This document shows, piece after piece, positions 57,454 through 63,319 of a DNA stretch of 63,319 nt. Made by a program: the position numbers and the translations under genes. Below the pieces are notes generated by a model that saw only the letters and a program-made list of their open reading frames with translations, did not search any database and was not told the DNA's origin. Source of the stretch: a virus (Duplodnaviria; Caudoviricetes); IMG/VR virus record IMGVR_UViG_3300031232_000004, positions 1 through 63,319 of that record; one strand, given 5' to 3'. The number at the start of each line of letters is the position of its first letter. Position 1 is the stretch's first letter.

Positions 57454-57985
57454 TGATGGGTGGTGGACAGATTCCAGGGGTGATAAGTATCATTTTTGGA
57501 ACGGGGTACTACATTGTGATACTGGCCCGGCCATCATTCGGGCCAATGGGAGTCAGGAATGGATTAGAGAAGATAAACGCCATCGTGACTCCGGCCCGGC
57601 CTATATTGGGGCCAATGGGACACAAGGATGGTATAAGAACGGCCTTTTACACCGTTTGGACGGTTTCGCTTGGATTGGATATGATGGGCGTCAAGAGTTT
57701 TGGGTGGAGGGGACGGAGTTTACCGAGAAAGAGTTTAATGAGAAATATGGTGTACATAAAAATAAAACCGATTTCAAATCCCAACTCCAATCCCTCATTA
57801 ATTTACATTTGTTAGAAAATGGTAGCGATACTCCAGACTTTATCCTAGCCAAATACCTTAGCCGATGCCTTGAAAATTGGGACCTAACCACCCTGGAACG
57901 TGACAAGTGGTATGGAATTCCACGAGGATGCCCTAAATTTATAACTACTCCAAATAGCAAGTCAATCTTTATTGAAAGTAAATAA
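57446..57985 (+). CDS. HRxDGPA repeat protein, paralogue 4, fused to an ENGSDTPDFILA domain
   Basis: MINDGW start, three repeats, TEKEFNEKYG cap, C-terminal LIN..LENGSDTPDFILAKYL domain. Confidence 0.75.
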   Translation: MINDGWWTDSRGDKYHFWNGVLHCDTGPAIIRANGSQEWIREDKRHRDSGPAYIGANGTQGWYKNGLLHRLDGFAWIGYDGRQEFWVEGTEFTEKEFNEKYGVHKNKTDFKSQLQSLINLHLLENGSDTPDFILAKYLSRCLENWDLTTLERDKWYGIPRGCPKFITTPNSKSIFIESK

Positions 57986-57988
57986 AAA

Positions 57989-58315
57989 ATGTCACTTACA
58001 TCTTACGGAAATTATGTAATCACCAAGCCCTTCCCTAAGGCCGAGGCCCCCAAGACTAACCTCGCCACAGGACAATCTATTGGAAATTCTAATACCCTCA
58101 TAGAATTGGAAGTCCTGGTAGGGAATACTTGGACGGATAGCGGAGTTATGTCCACGGTCGACGCTAAGGTAATGATGAAAAAAGGGGATTCCATTTTTGT
58201 AGATAATAAGTGTCGTGTTCAGGAGTGGGCTAAGAATACTTATAATAACCCCAATCTTATCGATTCCTATTACATCATCGTTCCCCTAGATCAAGTCCGC
58301 ATGGTGAAAATTTGA
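57989..58315 (+). CDS. GroES/gp31-like co-chaperonin
   Basis: Pattern matches GroES: YGNYVITKP ~ LHDRVIVKR; EVLVGN ~ EVLAVGN; KKGDSIFV ~ KVGDIVIF; YIIVPLDQV ~ LIMSESDI. Confidence 0.55.
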   Translation: MSLTSYGNYVITKPFPKAEAPKTNLATGQSIGNSNTLIELEVLVGNTWTDSGVMSTVDAKVMMKKGDSIFVDNKCRVQEWAKNTYNNPNLIDSYYIIVPLDQVRMVKI

Positions 58316-59313
58316 TACCGAGTCTAATTATAGGGGATATCCACTGTACCCCACAAGAAATCAAGGACTGTGAATCTTTAGCCGAGCTTATTGTACAAAC
58401 TTGTAAAGAATACACCCCTAAACGGGTTATCTTTATGGGGGATTTGTATAATAATCACGATGTAGTCAATACTCTTACTATATCCTACTATACCAAGCTT
58501 TTTAGTCAAATTGAAGATATTGTAAAATCTAAGCCCGTTGTTATTGTAGGGAACCATGATCAATATACCCCGTCTATTAGACATCCTCACGCCATGTTAT
58601 CCCACACCCAGGGAGCGGTTGTCATTGACGGCCCTTGTCGGCTTGACGATCTATCGTGTGGGATGCCATACTATTACGATCCTAAAGAGTTTATCCAAGA
58701 AGCTGTAAAGCTTAAAGAACAAAACCCGGACTGCGAAACTCTTTGGTGTCATCAGACCTTTGATGGAGCTAAACTTCAAGAGGGATTTTATGCTAAGGAT
58801 GGGGTAGATCAAGACGCAGTACCCTTCAAGACCATTATCTCGGGGCACATTCATGGTCCTACCAAGATGGGGAAAGTTCTATACGTGGGGGCTCCAAGGT
58901 GGAGGACTTTAACTGATTCCGAATATGAAGATCGCTTCCTTTTATTGCTAGGAGGAAAGCCGGTTAAAATCTCAACCAATAAGGTCTGTAAGAGAATCTA
59001 TAAATATGAAGATAGGGAATCAACCCCTTGTGTAATAGACATCCCCGAAGAACTGCTACCTAAAGCAGATATTCGGGTTGATATCTATGGTTCCCCAGGC
59101 TACATAAAGGATCGTATTGTAGAACTGCGTGCCAAATATGGGGTTAAATATCGTACTTTTCCTATTAGTTCTCGTATATCCAAGGTATCTGAGTCCCAAG
59201 GAGTATCCAAGGCTTTTGATACCTATTGTGAGATGTTTAAGCCACCGTTCGGTTCCAAGGTGGAAAGCCTCATAGAATCATTTAAGGAGCGTTCCAATGG
59301 ACTTAGACTATAA
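58312..59313 (+). CDS. Mre11/SbcD/gp47-like nuclease
   Basis: GDIH, GDL, GNHD, HQ, SGHIH, YVGAP motifs. Confidence 0.88.
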   Translation: MIPSLIIGDIHCTPQEIKDCESLAELIVQTCKEYTPKRVIFMGDLYNNHDVVNTLTISYYTKLFSQIEDIVKSKPVVIVGNHDQYTPSIRHPHAMLSHTQGAVVIDGPCRLDDLSCGMPYYYDPKEFIQEAVKLKEQNPDCETLWCHQTFDGAKLQEGFYAKDGVDQDAVPFKTIISGHIHGPTKMGKVLYVGAPRWRTLTDSEYEDRFLLLLGGKPVKISTNKVCKRIYKYEDRESTPCVIDIPEELLPKADIRVDIYGSPGYIKDRIVELRAKYGVKYRTFPISSRISKVSESQGVSKAFDTYCEMFKPPFGSKVESLIESFKERSNGLRL

Positions 59314-59692
59314 ATCCCTAGATTGGGCACAGCAACTTTTACTGTGTAAAGATCTGACCGAAAGGTTTGGTGTCTTACACGAGGCACAGATCCTTCAGCT
59401 TAAAGGATGGCCTATCCTTAAGTATGGGGCAAAGAAGTCTGAGGCCTTGGTTAATATTGAAGATAAAACCCTTACTTTTAATTGGGAAGGCGCGGCCAAT
59501 ATTGCTAAAAAGGACTTCGGTCCTCTTAGGTGGGGGATCGATTATATTCTAGGAAAAGGCTGGAAAATGGAGATCAACCTTAACGGCCGCCTAATCTTTC
59601 CAGTAGATGTTACTCCACCAAGAAAAGCTGGGACTATTAAATCGATCAGAAAGAAACGCCCTGGAGGTGTTTCTCGCAAAAAGCGGCGATAA
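59297..59692 (+). CDS. Hypothetical protein
   Basis: 131 aa with AAGGAG RBS. Confidence 0.55.
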   Translation: MDLDYKSLDWAQQLLLCKDLTERFGVLHEAQILQLKGWPILKYGAKKSEALVNIEDKTLTFNWEGAANIAKKDFGPLRWGIDYILGKGWKMEINLNGRLIFPVDVTPPRKAGTIKSIRKKRPGGVSRKKRR

Positions 59693-60257
59693 TGTCTTAG
59701 ACTCATTTGATATTGTTCCTGAACTTCAGATCCAACTCTTCAATTCCTTTTTACAGGGTAAAACCCTCCAAACTATCCAAGAACAAGCACCGGCTATATC
59801 CCTGGGCCAGTTAGTTAATACTGCCCTTACCTTGGATTGGCACGGCCAGAGGGAAGAATATTTACAAGACCTATACTATAAAGCTAAAGATTCTTTAGCC
59901 AGGACTATATTACAGGGTATAGATTTCCTTACGACGGCCTTGGGGGTGGTTCATCAGGTAATGGGAGAAAAATATGCCCAATACTTGATAACCAAAGATC
60001 CCACTGTTTTAGAAGAGTTTGGTATAAAGAACTTCCACCAGTACAGCAACGTCCTGGACACACTTATGGTATATGCTGGGGAGAACAGCCTCCTTAAGCC
60101 GATGGAAAAGGCCAAGCAGGCCGATCCCCCTAAAGAAGAAGAAACCGAAAAGCCCCCGACAGCAAATCTTCTAAAGAAGCTTTCAGAGCAAAAGAAAGTT
60201 GAACTTGAAGAACTTCGCCGTACCCAGGCCCTAAAGAAGGGTGCAGAAAATGGCTAA
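59607..60257 (+). CDS. Putative terminase small subunit
   Basis: HTH-like N-terminus with W.xR motif; helical; immediately upstream of TerL. Confidence 0.45.
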   Translation: MLLHQEKLGLLNRSERNALEVFLAKSGDNVLDSFDIVPELQIQLFNSFLQGKTLQTIQEQAPAISLGQLVNTALTLDWHGQREEYLQDLYYKAKDSLARTILQGIDFLTTALGVVHQVMGEKYAQYLITKDPTVLEEFGIKNFHQYSNVLDTLMVYAGENSLLKPMEKAKQADPPKEEETEKPPTANLLKKLSEQKKVELEELRRTQALKKGAENG

Positions 60258-62253
60258 AAAGGTTCTTAGTGGGGAAGAGCGTGAAATACGGGACGCTCTC
60301 TTTACTCCCCCGGCCACAAGGGAAGAACTCCACAATTGGGTTCATACCTTCCTAGACCTAGATCTCCCTGGTACCATCATAGATGAAGATTCTAATTCCA
60401 CCCCCTTAGACATGGTGTGGGAAGTCTATTCCAGTCTTGTCTATGGATGTGAAGAGGACGTGTCTAGGATTTTATATTACTCTGGACGAAGCGCCGGAAA
60501 GTCATTATGTGAATCCGTAATCGAGGTTATGTTGTTGCTCCATATGCGGGGGAAGGTTGTCCACCTAGCCGCAATTAAGGAACAATCCAAGAACGTCCAA
60601 AAATACATTAAAGGCTTTTTTAGTAAGCCCCATTTAATGGGGTATGTTCAACGTGATTCTATTGAAACAACCGAAGTCTGTTTCTACGTCCCCACCGAAC
60701 TAAAAGATTTTTCCTTACTATACAAGAGCAAACTACCCGTCCTAAAAGAAAAGGAATGGAAGTCACTACCAGATAAGGAACAAGAATCCTACTCCCAAGT
60801 AATCACGGTATGTGAAGTTATCGTGGCTACTATGCAGTCCGTGAATGGTAAGCACGGGATCCTTATTATGGACGAGTTAGACGTTATGGATAACATTAAC
60901 GTCTATCGAGAGGCCCAAAACATCCCTGACAAGGTTATGCGTAGCGATGGGACCTATGCTGAGCCTGTTAGCGTGCTGACCTCTACTCGAAAGACCAATA
61001 CAGGTATTGTTCAACAGGAAATAGACGGGGCAGCAGTGTCTGGCCTTCTTATAAGACACTGGAACACCCTGGACGTGACTGAAAGGTGTCCAGCCTCCAG
61101 GCACGAACCTGAAAAACCTAAAATTACTATTTACAGAAGCAATGAAAGCCTTAAGTCTATTACTGAGGAAAACTATGCTTCTCTCCCTGAAAAAGAAAAA
61201 GAAACTTATATAAAAGACCAAGGTTATCAGGGGTGTTTAAGTAAATGTAAAATGTTTGCTTTTTGTCGGGGCCGCTTAGCCACAAAGCAAACTTCGAATT
61301 CAAAGTTCCTAAAAGGTATCACCTATGTCCAAAAACAATTCAAGGTTAATACCCTTGAAATGTTCAAGGCCCAGCACTTGTGTTGGAAGCCAGGGTCATT
61401 CGGTAAGGTGTATCCTCGCCTAGATAAAGTGTCCCATATGATCACCCCGGCCCAGGCATATGTAAAGATATTTGGGGAAGATTCATTGTCCCCTGATCTG
61501 TCTAAAGATGCTTTGGTTAAGCAGATCGGTAGTATGGGGGAATGGATTGGTGGCATAGACTTTGGTTTTTCCCACTACTTTGCCTTTGTAATAGGCTTTG
61601 TGTGGGGGAAGAACTGTTTCGTTCTATATGCTGAAGCCGCAACAGAACTTGAGCCTAATGCCCAAATAGAGACCTCGGAACCATATAAATGGTTAGATCC
61701 TAAGGTATATGCCGACCCAGAAGATCCTAAGATGGTCAAGATGTTTAAACAGCATGGATGGCATATGCAAGCCTGGAAGAAGGGCACAGGTTCCGTTGTG
61801 GGTGGTATAAGCGTGGTGAGGATGAAACTATCCCCTAATGGGGAAGAGCCCGAACTCTTTTTCGTTAGGGACCTAGGGGAAGATCCTATGATGGACCTTT
61901 TATATAAACACCTAGATGAACATAAATGGAAGTTTGACGCCGCAGGCCGTATCACCAATAACGTAACCGACGATAACAAAGACTTGCCAGACGCCCTACG
62001 TTACATGGTTATGAATAAATTCGACCCCAAGGGGAAGTTTAACGTAAAGAACACCCCAGTAGTGACTCCTAAGGAAGACTATTTGGACGGAGTTTATACC
62101 GTAGAAAATTGGGCTAAGAAAAAGATAGTGGAACTGGCTACAGACACGGCTTCATATGAAGAAGGGGCGGGGACGGGGTGGTATGGACAACAGCTAGAAA
62201 AAGGGAAGGGTCAATCCAAGGGGAAGAGAAAAGGTTTTTGGTATACTTTTTAG
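60241..62253 (+). CDS. terL: Terminase large subunit (start probably 60250)
   Basis: SGRSAGKS Walker A, IMDELD Walker B, LTST motif, GGIDFG and DLPDALRY nuclease motifs. Confidence 0.88.
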   Translation: MQKMAKKVLSGEEREIRDALFTPPATREELHNWVHTFLDLDLPGTIIDEDSNSTPLDMVWEVYSSLVYGCEEDVSRILYYSGRSAGKSLCESVIEVMLLLHMRGKVVHLAAIKEQSKNVQKYIKGFFSKPHLMGYVQRDSIETTEVCFYVPTELKDFSLLYKSKLPVLKEKEWKSLPDKEQESYSQVITVCEVIVATMQSVNGKHGILIMDELDVMDNINVYREAQNIPDKVMRSDGTYAEPVSVLTSTRKTNTGIVQQEIDGAAVSGLLIRHWNTLDVTERCPASRHEPEKPKITIYRSNESLKSITEENYASLPEKEKETYIKDQGYQGCLSKCKMFAFCRGRLATKQTSNSKFLKGITYVQKQFKVNTLEMFKAQHLCWKPGSFGKVYPRLDKVSHMITPAQAYVKIFGEDSLSPDLSKDALVKQIGSMGEWIGGIDFGFSHYFAFVIGFVWGKNCFVLYAEAATELEPNAQIETSEPYKWLDPKVYADPEDPKMVKMFKQHGWHMQAWKKGTGSVVGGISVVRMKLSPNGEEPELFFVRDLGEDPMMDLLYKHLDEHKWKFDAAGRITNNVTDDNKDLPDALRYMVMNKFDPKGKFNVKNTPVVTPKEDYLDGVYTVENWAKKKIVELATDTASYEEGAGTGWYGQQLEKGKGQSKGKRKGFWYTF

Positions 62254-62281
62254 TAGACTTTTCCTTAGAATGTGGTATAAT
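62254..62281 (+). promoter_or_regulatory. Sigma70-type promoter after terL
   Basis: TAGACT-N16-TATAAT with extended TG. Confidence 0.55.
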
Positions 62282-62287
62282 GTTTTT

Positions 62288-62376
62288 ATAAGTTAGATAG
62301 TTTTGGTGGCTAGGACTATAAACCTTAAGCCACTTTTCCCCAACAGGAGTTTATTTTTTCTCCTGTTGGGGTTTTT
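62288..62376 (+). ncRNA. Candidate ~90-nt small RNA
   Basis: Lies between promoter and terminator; no ATG-initiated ORF; hairpin GTGGCT-AGG/CCT-AGCCAC. Confidence 0.4.
62338..62376 (+). terminator. Intrinsic terminator
   Basis: CCCCAACAGGAG / CTCCTGTTGGGG 12-bp stem followed by TTTTT. Confidence 0.85.
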
Positions 62377-62400
62377 GTTATAGTAACAATCTTTATATCA

Positions 62401-63319
62401 ATGGGTACGCTTAATATAAACTACACCGTACTGGGGTATGAAGATTCTAATGCTACTAACAATCCGCGCCAAAAGGCCGTGGACTGGAACCGCCAACTGG
62501 GTGGCCTTATAGTAAATAATCCAGGGAATATTCCCTACAGTATCCCGGCTTTACAGTCTGTGGAATGCTTCAACGGCACGCAGGTCCTAGGGTACGATTC
62601 CACCACCTCTTTTAGTATAGCTTTGGTCCCTAACTATACTAATAGATATCGGCTAGTTTATAACAGTGGTTCTAACCCCGTCTTCAGGACGGCCAGGACC
62701 TTGGCGGTGGCAACTGGTACACTTACCCTTACTGTCCAAGCTAACGCCACTGTAACCGTTACAAGCTCTCTAGGGAACGTTTTTGGTAGTATTCAAGCCG
62801 GGGATAATGTTTATATTCCTGGTACCACTATCGGTGATACGGCGGGGCCATTCGATCCTCTAAACGAGGGGCTGTGGAGCGTTATCTTGGCTTCGAACAG
62901 TTCTATCACTATCGTTCGGGACATCACCCAGGTCTTTTCTGGGGTGACTGAGACTGTAGCTATGTCTAGTAACGCCCAATTCCGGGTCTTTAGCTCGGAC
63001 GGTGTACAAGTAGATGATATCCTTGATATTTTTGACGGTTTCGCTACGGCCTATCTTCGTAGCTATGAAATTGTAGGTGTTACGGATACATTTTTAGAGT
63101 TTGTGTCGGGGGTAGCCCTTCCAACTGGGACCTTTACCCCTGGGGCCGGTTCTTTTGTCTGTTATAGTGAAGGAAAACAATTCCTCCTTATCGAATCAGA
63201 CCAAGAGATCGCGGTTAGGTTGAACGGGGACGAAGACAATACTTTAAGAGTAGAACCTATTTTAGCTGGGAACGCTATTCGACCCGGTTTTTGTATGCAT
63301 ACTGGTACGGTATATCGAC
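62401..63319 (+). CDS. Structural protein, 3'-truncated by the window edge
   Basis: Open frame MGTLNINYTVLGYEDSN... to the window end; beta/Thr/Gly-rich; preceded by AATCTTTA. Confidence 0.7.
   Translation, partial: MGTLNINYTVLGYEDSNATNNPRQKAVDWNRQLGGLIVNNPGNIPYSIPALQSVECFNGTQVLGYDSTTSFSIALVPNYTNRYRLVYNSGSNPVFRTARTLAVATGTLTLTVQANATVTVTSSLGNVFGSIQAGDNVYIPGTTIGDTAGPFDPLNEGLWSVILASNSSITIVRDITQVFSGVTETVAMSSNAQFRVFSSDGVQVDDILDIFDGFATAYLRSYEIVGVTDTFLEFVSGVALPTGTFTPGAGSFVCYSEGKQFLLIESDQEIAVRLNGDEDNTLRVEPILAGNAIRPGFCMHTGTVYR

Noticed and set aside
18999-57985. Diversity-generating retroelement acting on the HRxDGPA repeats
   Set aside because: No reverse transcriptase in the window, no non-coding template copy, and differences are not evidently confined to adenines.
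1-63319. Alternative genetic code (stop-codon recoding)
   Set aside because: Conserved genes are full length under code 11, coding density is high, and TAA, TAG and TGA all end genes.

Overview
This window is 63 kb of a large tailed dsDNA phage, probably a myovirus, that uses the standard genetic code. It has three blocks. (1) 1-14.1 kb, + strand: late genes for two very large Kelch-repeat baseplate proteins, a tail-tube-like protein, tail fibres and an amidase endolysin, with one counter-oriented lipoprotein. (2) 14.2-46.7 kb, - strand: early/middle genes including a Prs-like + Nampt-like NAD+ pair (NARP1-like), 5'-3' exonuclease, an RNA-rich operon, dUTPase, ClpP, DnaB, primase, RecA/UvsX, a UvsY-like protein, SSB, a DnaE polymerase split into two genes, class II RNR with a mini-intein, RuvC and putative initiator genes. 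(3) After an iteron-bearing origin-like strand switch at about 46.8 kb, a + strand arm with GroEL, Rad50/Mre11, an SF2 helicase, ThyX, an adenine MTase, a sigma factor, a GroES-like protein, terminase and the start of a structural gene. The most unusual signals are these: (a) a promoter-to-terminator operon in which a conserved coiled-coil gene is followed by two circularly permuted tRNA-like (YrlA/Y-RNA-like) RNAs, tRNA-Pro and an aberrant tRNA-like RNA; (b) a split DnaE whose new termini carry catalytically dead split-intein-like halves; (c) a sigma factor lacking region 4.2, together with an AATCTTTA candidate late-promoter motif and a stand-alone region-4-like protein; (d) four dispersed HRxDGPA-repeat paralogues that share identical DNA blocks. 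All calls come from reading motifs by eye. No database search or folding program was run.
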